DNA of 53,996 nt, taken from assembly GCA_001399795.1 (NCBI GenBank), contig LIHK01000010.1, positions 1 through 53,996 of the forward strand, written 5' to 3'. Made by a program: the position numbers and the translations under genes. The notes under the pieces are model-generated. The model had not been told where the DNA came from, searched no databases, and saw only the letters and a list, made by a program, of their open reading frames with translations. Shown in pieces: positions 29,741 to 37,729 of this stretch (position 1 is its first letter; each line of letters opens with the position of its first letter). This DNA is from Candidatus Bathyarchaeota archaeon BA2. GTDB lineage: Archaea > Thermoproteota > Bathyarchaeia > Bathyarchaeales > Bathyarchaeaceae.

Positions 29741-30898
29741 CTAACTATCACTCTTATTTTCTTCATGCACAGAAACAGTCTCGCTGGATAAGGACACTCT
29801 TCCAATGCCTGCCCTGAAGAAGCAAAATCCAACAGCTGTTAACGCTGCTGCGGCGTACATTGTAGCCCTAAAACCAAAGAGTTGCGAGATTGCTCCACCA
29901 ATTAACGCTCCGAAAACAACAGCGAGATTAATCACCGAACTAAGTAGCCCTGTGCAAGTAGCCCTTTCAATGTTATGTTGCATCAGGTAGAGAAGCGCGC
30001 CAACATAGAGGCATGACCAAGAACAGGCAAGCAAAACCTGGATCGGGATGAGTTGATAAAAATTTTGAGCCAAGGTGAAAGCAAAGAATGTTACTGAAGA
30101 AAGGATTAGTCCAGCGTTGACCAGAGTTCCGCTTCTAAACCCATCAACAAATCGCATAACAAGAAACTGGGACGCTGTATTCACGGTGTAAATCACTCCA
30201 ACCCAAAACATGTTTCCTCCAAGACTTACGATATAGAGAGGATATATGATCCATATGCAGTTGGCTCCGGTGTGTCTCATAAAGTAGGATAGGTACAAGT
30301 GCCAGTTCTTTTTGATTACACTCTTGGGGAAAAACGGAACCCTTAACTGTGGACTACTGACCGTAGGTATTGTGAAGGAAACAAGAAAAGCCAACAAAAG
30401 ACAGGCTGAGGACAACATAAAGGCACCCCAATACATGGCTATCAAGCCAGCAGCAAAGTTGCCAACAGCCCAGCCCAACGCCCCAAAAGAACTGAACCTC
30501 CCAAGCGCGTCCCCTGCCTCATAAACATAAGCTGTAAGCGCAGCAGGGAAAATTCCAATAGAAAACCCTGCTAAGCCGCGGGTGAGAGCAAGCAACCACG
30601 GATCTGCCAAAAAAGGCGCGACAAAAGTGGGGTCTGTTAAAACTTGTAGGAAAAATGTGATGGTGGAGACTCCGAGACCGAGGTGAAGGAAAAACTTTCG
30701 ACCGTAAACATCAGATGCGCGACCAAAAATGTACGAAGAACTGAAAAGGGCAAGTCCATAGACTGCTCCAATGATCCCTAATTGAGTGTCGCTTGCCCCC
30801 AAATCTTTAGCCAAGTTGGGAATAAACAAATACGAAGCTGAGAAAGCTATGTTGAATAGCAACTGAATGACATTTGGCTTCATGTCAAGTCTCGCCAA
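29741..30898 (-). CDS. MFS transporter
   Basis: GRASDVYGRK motif A, about 12 TM segments. Confidence 0.88.
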   Translation of the reverse strand: MARLDMKPNVIQLLFNIAFSASYLFIPNLAKDLGASDTQLGIIGAVYGLALFSSSYIFGRASDVYGRKFFLHLGLGVSTITFFLQVLTDPTFVAPFLADPWLLALTRGLAGFSIGIFPAALTAYVYEAGDALGRFSSFGALGWAVGNFAAGLIAMYWGAFMLSSACLLLAFLVSFTIPTVSSPQLRVPFFPKSVIKKNWHLYLSYFMRHTGANCIWIIYPLYIVSLGGNMFWVGVIYTVNTASQFLVMRFVDGFRSGTLVNAGLILSSVTFFAFTLAQNFYQLIPIQVLLACSWSCLYVGALLYLMQHNIERATCTGLLSSVINLAVVFGALIGGAISQLFGFRATMYAAAALTAVGFCFFRAGIGRVSLSSETVSVHEENKSDS

Positions 30899-30974
30899 AT
30901 AGGCATCTACAGACTTTTAGATGCTTTTAAATATTTGTCAGAGGCGCCTACCTTCATGATTAAAATATGTTTAG

Positions 30975-31808
30975 TTGCAACTAAGTAACTGGGTGGAGGT
31001 CACTACATTTACGCTAAGGTTAATTGACATCTTAATCCTTGGTGTTGTTCAGGGGGTAACCGGGTGGCTACCAGTATCCAGTTCAGGGCATCTCGCCATC
31101 GTACAAAAATATCTTGGCTTGAGTAGTAAAGAACACCAGTTAATTTACTTAGACATTATGCTTCATGTGGGAACCTTGGTTGTAATTCTGCTGGCATTCA
31201 GAGAGGACATTGTAAAAATTGTTAAAGCCGTAGCCAGACTGGATTTTAAAACCGAAGAAGGAAAACTGGCTTTATTCATACTTGTGGGAAGTGTACCAAC
31301 AGCGCTGATCAGTTTTACTCTCCGCAGTATCTTCGAATCCTTTTTCGAAAAAATGCTAGTAGTTGGCATAGCATTGTTAGTTACTGGCTTTTTCCTATTT
31401 GCTTCTGAGCGCAGAAAAAGCAACAAAGGATTAGATTATTTTGATTCTTTACTAATAGGAATAGCACAGGGTATCGCGTTTATTCCCGGCATTTCAAGAA
31501 GCGGCTTTACAATAGCTACAGGATTGTTGAGAAAGGTGAAAAAAGAAGTAGCCTTTAGATTTTCTTTTCTACTCTCTATACCAGCGGTGACAGGAACAGC
31601 AATAGCGTCAACAATTACAGAGTTTAGAAGTTTGTCGACTCAAGACATCTATATGCCTACAGTACTTTTCGGCGTAGTAATATCAATGGTCTTAGGTTAC
31701 GTATCCTTAAAATTGTTGCAGAGGGTGGTCATGAAAGGAAAGTTTCACACGTTTTCATATTACTGTTGGACGGTTGGAGCAATAATCATTTTTTACCATC
31801 TTTTTTAA
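30975..31808 (+). CDS. uppP: Undecaprenyl-diphosphate phosphatase (BacA)
   Basis: VQGVTGWLPVSSSGH, PGISRSGFT, FSFLLSIP; the usual TE motif Glu reads Gly here. Confidence 0.88.
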   Translation: MQLSNWVEVTTFTLRLIDILILGVVQGVTGWLPVSSSGHLAIVQKYLGLSSKEHQLIYLDIMLHVGTLVVILLAFREDIVKIVKAVARLDFKTEEGKLALFILVGSVPTALISFTLRSIFESFFEKMLVVGIALLVTGFFLFASERRKSNKGLDYFDSLLIGIAQGIAFIPGISRSGFTIATGLLRKVKKEVAFRFSFLLSIPAVTGTAIASTITEFRSLSTQDIYMPTVLFGVVISMVLGYVSLKLLQRVVMKGKFHTFSYYCWTVGAIIIFYHLF

Positions 31809-31830
31809 TAAGTCTTGTGAAAACAACTTA

Positions 31831-32496
31831 ATGGCAGAAGTGGTGCCGTGCCCTTTCATGAAGAAAAGTCCAAGTGTTGTCTACTGGCTTGGGAACGACC
31901 TGTACCTGAACATAACTAACAGATGCTCCAACAATTGCTACTTCTGCTTTAGAAAATTCAAAGACGGGATACAGGGTTTCAACCTAAAACTGAGAAGGGA
32001 ACCGTCCCCAAATGAGGTAATCAAAAAATTGCAAGAAGTTATAAACAGAAAAAATTGGAGCGAAGTTGTTTTCTGCGGGTTCGGAGAACCCTTAGAGAGA
32101 CTCGATCGTGTTCTCGAGGTTACAAGATGGATAAAAAAGTATTCTGGGATGATTGTTAGAATAGACACCAATGGTCAAGGATGCCTTTTGAACAAAGGAA
32201 GGAAAGTTGTCAGGGAATTGAAGGAAGCTGGCGTAGACAAGATAAGTGTAAGCTTGAATGCTCATGAGAAAGAGACTTACAATCAGGTATGCAAACCAAC
32301 GTTTGAAAACGCATTTGAAAACGTTTTAGGGTTCATTGAAAAAGCTGGGAAGGAGTTTGACGTGGAAATAACTGTTGTAACTATCCCAGAAGTGAATATT
32401 CAAAAGGTAAGGAAAATAGCAAGAAAATTGGGAGTTGGATTCAGGATAAGAGAGTATATACCTTGCTTCTGGTTAAAACCTGTGCCTATAACATGA
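31831..32496 (+). CDS. TatD-associated radical SAM protein
   Basis: LYLNITNRCSNNCYFC, VFCGFGEP, RIDTNG. Confidence 0.88.
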   Translation: MAEVVPCPFMKKSPSVVYWLGNDLYLNITNRCSNNCYFCFRKFKDGIQGFNLKLRREPSPNEVIKKLQEVINRKNWSEVVFCGFGEPLERLDRVLEVTRWIKKYSGMIVRIDTNGQGCLLNKGRKVVRELKEAGVDKISVSLNAHEKETYNQVCKPTFENAFENVLGFIEKAGKEFDVEITVVTIPEVNIQKVRKIARKLGVGFRIREYIPCFWLKPVPIT

Positions 32497-32546
32497 AACG
32501 GTATAAAAGTTGTTATAAGTTGACAGACTTGATAAAAGGTTGACAA

Positions 32547-32789
32547 TTAACCTTCGGGACTAGCCAGCTCAGGAGAGAGAAAACCGACTATGCTGATTTT
32601 GCTTCCACACTTGTTACACTGGATTACCAGTTCTTCCAAAGATTCACCCTTAACCTTTGTTTCCAGAATGGTGTAGACCTCTTCTGTTTCGTCTTCAGGA
32701 GATATGACAACTCCGCAACTGGGACATGGGAAATCTCCCGCTCCCTTGATTTTTGTCAAGTCCACTTCATACACCAGAGGCTGTTTCAC
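32547..32789 (-). CDS. Small zinc-ribbon protein
   Basis: CPSCG and CNKCG pairs. Confidence 0.75.
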   Translation of the reverse strand: MKQPLVYEVDLTKIKGAGDFPCPSCGVVISPEDETEEVYTILETKVKGESLEELVIQCNKCGSKISIVGFLSPELASPEG

Positions 32790-33015
32790 TTTTACCTCTT
32801 CCCTTTATATTTGGTGAATCCTTTTGTCATTTTATGGTAGTAATAACGTTTATGAAGGCTAAGTCTATTTTATATTTCTATATCTAAAACTGTGACTTAA
32901 AAATCGGTTCAGAATCCAAAGTTTAACTTATAGATGAACGCATTAGAAGCCGCGAATCACTTTAAACCAAGACAGATGACATGAAGTTTAACCGAAAGGA
33001 AATCTTCCTCATTTT

Positions 33016-33057
33016 TGGTGCGGCGGACCGGATTTGAACTAGCGAACCTCTACGGGG
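33016..33057 (-). repeat. tRNA-Leu 3' fragment (variable arm to CCA), degenerate
   Basis: CCCCGTAGAGGTTCGCTAGTTCAAATCCGGTCCGCCGCACCA. Confidence 0.8.
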
Positions 33058-33094
33058 CGTAAGTCTTACAAATCAAGAAGTTGAATGTACGTCC

Positions 33095-33421
33095 ATGAGT
33101 AAGACCATTTTTGAAGTTGTTGCAAAATTTGGGAAAAAGGTTAGGTTAACTGAAGGAAAATGTGACCATGTCTGTAAGAGCCATCCAGAAGTGACGGGTG
33201 AAATAGGTAAAATGAAGGAGACTTTAGTCTCGCCGCAGATGATTAGAAGAAGTCTATATGATGAGAAGGTTTGGTTGTTTTATCGTTTCTTCGAGGATAC
33301 GCCGGTTACTGAAAAGTATTTAATGGTGGCTGCGAGAATACTCAACGATGAAGGATTCGTGGTTACAAGTTACTTTACAGACAAGGTTAAGATGGGTGAA
33401 GAAAATTGGAGGGAAAGATAA
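33095..33421 (+). CDS. Putative RelE/DUF4258-like toxin
   Basis: HVCKSHPEV...ETLVSP...FVVTSYFT, upstream of a DUF2283 gene. Confidence 0.7.
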   Translation: MSKTIFEVVAKFGKKVRLTEGKCDHVCKSHPEVTGEIGKMKETLVSPQMIRRSLYDEKVWLFYRFFEDTPVTEKYLMVAARILNDEGFVVTSYFTDKVKMGEENWRER

Positions 33422-33642
33422 ACTTCTTCTTCGATGAAGAGGGTGATGTGTTAGACATCACTTTTGGGGAGCCGAGAAATGCCGTCGCGAAGGAATTAAA
33501 GAATGACATAGCGATACGGGTAGACCCAAAAACTGGGGAAATAGTAGGCATTGTGATACTAAATTTCATGAGAAGATTTAGGTTGAAGAAGAAAACAGAG
33601 AAAATTGAACTTCCCGTCAAAGTCACAATAACCACAAGTTAA
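33406..33642 (+). CDS. DUF2283-family antitoxin
   Basis: FDEEGDVLDITF, IRVDPKTGEIVGIVILNF. Confidence 0.8.
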   Translation: MEGKINFFFDEEGDVLDITFGEPRNAVAKELKNDIAIRVDPKTGEIVGIVILNFMRRFRLKKKTEKIELPVKVTITTS

Positions 33643-33649
33643 CAATTTT

Positions 33650-33668
33650 TGGTGTGGCGGGCAAGACT
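33650..33668 (-). repeat. Short tRNA-Leu 3' end remnant
   Basis: TGGTGTGGCGGGCAAGACT versus intact TGGTGCAGCGGGCAGGATT. Confidence 0.5.
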
Positions 33669-33711
33669 GTTCAAAACCTTGATTTGATCATTAAGGGATT
33701 GAGGGGCAAGC

Positions 33712-33804
33712 TTAAAGCCTTAAAGTTCTATACTGAAATCCATTTAGGTCCTTTAGTCTCCTTAGAAACTCCTTAGTGAAGACAAACTCAAATTTCTTGT
33801 TCAT
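33712..33804 (-). pseudogene. Truncated RelE/ParE toxin
   Basis: MNKKFEFVFTKEFLRRLKDL... stops after 30 aa; overlaps the end of the upstream antitoxin. Confidence 0.6.
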
Positions 33805-34018
33805 TCAAACTCAGCTCTTTGGGGAACTCCTTGAAGCCGAGCAGTCTATCCTTCTGGATGTCTTTCTCGCTAACCTTGATGCTTTCCATAAGCGTCTCAT
33901 CGCTTAGGATCTCTAGGGTCTCTATGAGCCCCTCAACAAGCAAGCGGAGTTTTGGCATCTCTTCGGCTAAAGTCTTCAGATTTCTCCTATCCTCATCGGT
34001 TAAAACCACTTTAACCAA
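33788..34018 (-). CDS. RelB-like antitoxin
   Basis: ETLEILSDETLMESIKVSEKDIQKDRL acidic antitoxin C-terminus. Confidence 0.65.
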   Translation of the reverse strand: MVKVVLTDEDRRNLKTLAEEMPKLRLLVEGLIETLEILSDETLMESIKVSEKDIQKDRLLGFKEFPKELSLNEQEI

Positions 34019-34127
34019 CCTTAGCCACCAACATTGCTTTGTAATCTACAAGAACTGTGCCTCTATTAAAATTTCTCTCGAATAATCTGAAAACCTCCTA
34101 AAATCTCGCTCTTTTAACGGAAATTCA

Positions 34128-34197
34128 TGGTGCGGAGGGTGGGATTCGAACCAGCGAACCCCTACGGGAGAGGACGTCTCCATCTAGGCTTGAGTCC
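34128..34197 (-). repeat. tRNA-Leu(CAA) 3' fragment from anticodon stem to CCA, with degenerate intron
   Basis: AGGACTCAAG-[CCTAGATGGAGAC]-GTCCTC...TTCGAAT...CCTCCGCACCA. Confidence 0.8.
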
Positions 34198-34215
34198 TTA
34201 AAGGGCACTTATGTT

Positions 34216-35112
34216 TCACTTCTTTAGTATAGATTTGATCGTATTGACCAAACTTTCTTCGAGTTTCCTAGCACCTCTAGGATCGTAGGTGTACTCAATC
34301 ACCCTTAGGTGTCTTATGTCGAAGGGGACATCATCCATAGACTGAGTTAATATCACCACTTCTTTGCCCACGGTGTGCGCAATGCCCAACTCATAATATA
34401 CATTGGGATTTTTTCCTGTAACATCAGCAATTACTATCCTCGCCTTACTGATGTATTCCCAGATATCTTCAATTATCTCCCGATTAGAAAAAATGTCATC
34501 CGACCGCATACATTTCATTTTGCATTCTTCAACAATCACCTTCTTAATATGATCTTCATAAATTGGTTGAAATCTCTGTTCAAACGGCATCAACACAAAG
34601 CATAAATTTTGTTCCAAAAGAAATCCTCTTCCTTTGAAAATTGGGTTAATTGTAATTTTACGTCTTGCTTTTTCCTCTTCTTGCAGTTCAAATTCTATGT
34701 ATTCATTTGCAAGATTTTTCAGTGCTTCACCTCGTTCTGCTGTGGAAAGATCAGCGAGACTAGCTGGAATGCTTGCAATCAAAAGTTCGTCGGGTGGAAA
34801 ACCGCAGTATGTAATAGCTAGAGCCTTAGCATCCTCTAGGCCAAGTGGCTCTTCTTTTTTATGCTCATAATAAAACCATCTTGTTTGCCCCGCGATGGCA
34901 CCTTTGTTAGTGATTATCAAAATAATCTCCTTTTTATCCACGGTGATCACTAGATAGAGGGGTCGTAAGAGACGAAGAGATATTCTTTTCATACCTCTCT
35001 CTTCAAGAGTACGTCTGACACTCGATACAAACTCTTCCACACATTTCTGAACATTATCTCTTTTTGGTGTATGAATAGTCGGAGTTAGTAAAAATTGGTC
35101 GAAGAAACTCAT
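34216..35112 (-). CDS. Protein with C-terminal nucleoside-2-deoxyribosyltransferase/TIR-like domain
   Basis: CFVLMPF...RSDD...IADVTGKNPNVYYELGIAH...PFDIRHLRVIEY. Confidence 0.75.
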   Translation of the reverse strand: MSFFDQFLLTPTIHTPKRDNVQKCVEEFVSSVRRTLEERGMKRISLRLLRPLYLVITVDKKEIILIITNKGAIAGQTRWFYYEHKKEEPLGLEDAKALAITYCGFPPDELLIASIPASLADLSTAERGEALKNLANEYIEFELQEEEKARRKITINPIFKGRGFLLEQNLCFVLMPFEQRFQPIYEDHIKKVIVEECKMKCMRSDDIFSNREIIEDIWEYISKARIVIADVTGKNPNVYYELGIAHTVGKEVVILTQSMDDVPFDIRHLRVIEYTYDPRGARKLEESLVNTIKSILKK

Positions 35113-35226
35113 AAGCGTTCACTTTGAAATCAGTACAAAATATCGATGAGTCGCATTTGATTTTTAAATATTATGTAGGATTGTCTATTTCGATATTATA
35201 AATTCTATTTCAAGTTCAGCATACTT

Positions 35227-35278
35227 TGGTGCAGGGGGTGAGATTTGAACTCACGAACCCCTTCGGGACGGGATCTTG
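35227..35278 (-). repeat. tRNA-Leu 3' fragment (anticodon loop to CCA)
   Basis: CAAGATCCCGTCCCGAAGGGGTTCGTGAGTTCAAATCTCACCCCCTGCACCA with intact T-arm. Confidence 0.85.
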
Positions 35279-35280
35279 GG

Positions 35281-35790
35281 TCACCATCTTTTATAAGGAG
35301 TGCTGCTCCATTGTTTTTTCACTTTATTTCGCATAAATTTCTGGAAGTGTATTGCTGGATTGTTTGATTTAGGAACTATTTCAACGACCTCTATGATTAT
35401 GCTTCTTGTTTTTTGATAACGCTCGATAACTTCATTTATATATGTTGTTAACTCTGCAAGTTGACACAGATCAGCATTATGGGCACTTAAAATCTCACCA
35501 GTACTTTCAAACTTATGCTCCTCGTATATGTGATTAAATATATACAACTGAAATTCAAGATATTTTTCAAGATCGCCTTTCTCTGGTATGTTATGTTCCA
35601 GTAGATATCTAGCCATAGCGTAGGTTATAGCCAGCTCATCATAAGTGTAAGGAAACCTTGCTTTGCAATCACTGCATTTATCAAACACAATTTTAATTTG
35701 TCGTTGTTCACTAGGCGACCGGACTTGTCTGGTTTCGATGAATCTCCCACATACCTCGCAAAGCGCATCAGCATTGCTTAAAATCAGCCA
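35281..35790 (-). CDS. Zinc-finger hypothetical protein, true start lost or frameshifted
   Basis: Frame extends upstream of the listed ORF: LCEVCGR...DKCSDCKARFPY, with no in-frame ATG before the first CxxC. Confidence 0.5.
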   Translation of the reverse strand, partial: WLILSNADALCEVCGRFIETRQVRSPSEQRQIKIVFDKCSDCKARFPYTYDELAITYAMARYLLEHNIPEKGDLEKYLEFQLYIFNHIYEEHKFESTGEILSAHNADLCQLAELTTYINEVIERYQKTRSIIIEVVEIVPKSNNPAIHFQKFMRNKVKKQWSSTPYKRW

Positions 35791-35815
35791 TTTCCCCTAT
35801 ACGTATTCGTGCATT

Positions 35816-35968
35816 CTATTCGATGTCAAAAACGTGGCCGCATCTAGGGCATTTAACGTTTTTGAGTTTTTCTTTAACTTTGTCTAGTTCACGGCGACAT
35901 TGCATTGCTTCAGAGGAGTAATGGGCTATCTCTCGATCTTTCCAAAAAGGATACTGACCTCTAGACAT
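35816..35968 (-). CDS. 50-aa zinc-ribbon microprotein (below ORF-track cutoff)
   Basis: MSRGQYPFWKDRE...KCPRCGHVFDIE*. Confidence 0.55.
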   Translation of the reverse strand: MSRGQYPFWKDREIAHYSSEAMQCRRELDKVKEKLKNVKCPRCGHVFDIE

Positions 35969-36029
35969 TTTTCATCAATAGCTAATCAATGAATTGTGTA
36001 GAAAAACTTTTCGAAGGCACTAAATTGAT

Positions 36030-36117
36030 TGGTGCAGCGGGCAGGATTTGAACCTGCGAACCCCTACGGGAAAGGATCTTGAGTCCTTCGCCTTTGACCT
36101 GGCTTGGCGACCGCTGC
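36030..36117 (-). tRNA. tRNA-Leu(CAA), intact, intronless
   Basis: All stems pair: GCAGCGG/CCGCTGC, AAGGA-CTCAAGA-TCCTT, long variable arm, GCAGG-TTCAAAT-CCTGC, CCA. Confidence 0.95.
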
Positions 36118-36212
36118 TGACCAAGCACTTAAATTTGCATACAGAATAATTAAGTATTACTTAAAAGAAAAACACTCAAAAGAAAGCGCTAAAATCAAAA
36201 TGTGGCTAAATA

Positions 36213-36896
36213 ATGGTTAATTTATCAAAAATGGGCAAAGGTAGGCATATTACCTATCATCCGCCAAAAGAAGTTCTTGATATAGAAGTTGCAGAGCTTT
36301 TAGGGCTTCATGCAGGTGATGGTTATATGTCATGCGGAATTTGGGGCGTACGATGCAACCTTCAAGACGAAGACATGGCTCAGCGAATAATACACCTAGC
36401 TCGCAACATTCTTGGAGTAGAACCGTGTGTCCGAATAAGAGAAAACACCTTTGAAATACGCAGCGGGCAAAGGCAAATAGTTCGCTTTTTCCGAAAGTAT
36501 GGCTTTATTGAAGGAAAGAAAGCCTACATCGTTCAAGTACCCAACCAAATAACCTGCACAAACGATTTAAAAATTATTGAGGCGTTCTTAAGAGGCTTAT
36601 TCAGCTCGGATGGAAGTTTCAGTTTCCAGAAAAGAGACTATTCTCCTCGCATAGATTTGATGGTTAGGAGCAGATTGCTAAGAGACCAGTTTGTCGAATT
36701 GGCTGCGAAGGTCGGCTTTTCGTTTAACAAATCCGACGCTATAAGGGTAAAGAAAGGCTTTACAACGAAATCAACTGGAGCCTTCTTTAACGCAAACCTC
36801 GCTTCAAGAGATGATGTACTGAGATGGATGACAACCATAGGCACTCTTTGCGGCACTCATATGAAAAAGTTCAAAGCTTGGCAATCAGAGACTTAA
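36213..36896 (+). mobile_element. Free-standing double-motif LAGLIDADG homing endonuclease
   Basis: ELLGLHAGDGYM and AFLRGLFSSDGSF; no intein Cys1/His-Asn termini and no flanking exons. Confidence 0.85.
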
Positions 36897-36900
36897 CTAA

Positions 36901-36947
36901 CATCTAGCCCCTATACGCATAGATTGACCTGGCTCTGCTACCCCCGC
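36901..36947 (-). pseudogene. tRNA-Leu 5' fragment with promoter and probable 20-nt D-loop intron (36904-36923)
   Basis: GCGGGGGTAGCAGAGCCAGGTCAA|TCTATGCGTATAGGGGCTAG|ATG; helix GGTC/GGCT with 3-nt bulges; upstream GAAAAAATTAATAG. Confidence 0.7.
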
Positions 36948-37055
36948 ACCCGTTTCACAAACTAACTCTTCCTTTCTATTAATTTTTTCCAACGACGGTA
37001 TCATCGTGAATATATTTATGTGTAACAAATCCTTAACGTCCTTGGAGACAGCCTC

Positions 37056-37409
37056 TTGGGGCACGTTCACGTTACAGCGAAGCTAACAAGTCCGATTACT
37101 AACGAAAGTGAAATTGTAGAGTCCCTAGTAGACACGGGAGCCACGTTTACCACGGTTCCCATAAGCTTGAGTGAAAAATTCAAATTGCCTCATGTCACGA
37201 AAAGAAGGGTCAAAACGGCAAGTGGCGAGGAAGAACTGGTTGAATCATATCTCATAATCGAGGTTCTAAACGAAAAAACTACAACCCCTGTACTTATAAG
37301 TGATAAGCTGGATCGAGTTTTGATAGGTGCCTTAACGCTGGAGGCATTAGCCTTTAAAGTAGACCCGAAAACAGGAAAACTTGAAAAAACAGAACTTTTA
37401 CTGCTTTAG
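37056..37409 (+). CDS. Clan AA aspartic protease
   Basis: SLVDTGATFT, LIGALTLEALAFKVDP. Confidence 0.85.
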   Translation: MGHVHVTAKLTSPITNESEIVESLVDTGATFTTVPISLSEKFKLPHVTKRRVKTASGEEELVESYLIIEVLNEKTTTPVLISDKLDRVLIGALTLEALAFKVDPKTGKLEKTELLLL

Positions 37410-37410
37410 A

Positions 37411-37425
37411 CTTGGCTACCGCCGC
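37411..37425 (-). repeat. 15-nt tRNA-Leu 5' end
   Basis: GCGGCGGTAGCCAAG, 1 mismatch to the 5' end of the 37730 copy. Confidence 0.6.
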
Positions 37426-37427
37426 TC

Positions 37428-37541
37428 GACCAGCCGAACTAATCTAACGAATGGTGGTCCCAACCTTTTCGCCCTTAATAACCAACAAAACGTTTTCAGG
37501 CTTGAAGCCGTTCACCACAACCACTCTCATTCTTCTCTTTT
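37428..37541 (-). pseudogene. pyrH: Duplicate of the pyrH 3' end and its downstream 16 nt
   Basis: About 4 mismatches over 114 nt versus 42273-42386. Confidence 0.9.
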
Positions 37542-37729
37542 TTAAGGATTCCTATGAGCTATCCTATAAAGAAAACTTAATCTTTCTCTCTGGAGATAGA
37601 CTCCACCCCATTTTCTTTAAATAATCCCAACATTTGCAGGTCTATTCGCGGTACATGATTAACTAACATTTTATGTGAACGCAAGAAATGTTCGGCTGGC
37701 AAAATCTCCGGTGTTTCACGTAGTCTGGA

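Noticed and set aside
30975-31808. uppP in an archaeon as a novelty
   Set aside because: BacA homologs are known in archaea.
35227-36947. The 1.6-kb span between the 36947 5' half and the 35227 3' half as one giant endonuclease-encoding tRNA intron
   Set aside because: The endonuclease is antisense, an intact tRNA with its own promoter lies inside, and tRNA positions of about 24-33 are missing, so splicing could not rebuild a tRNA.
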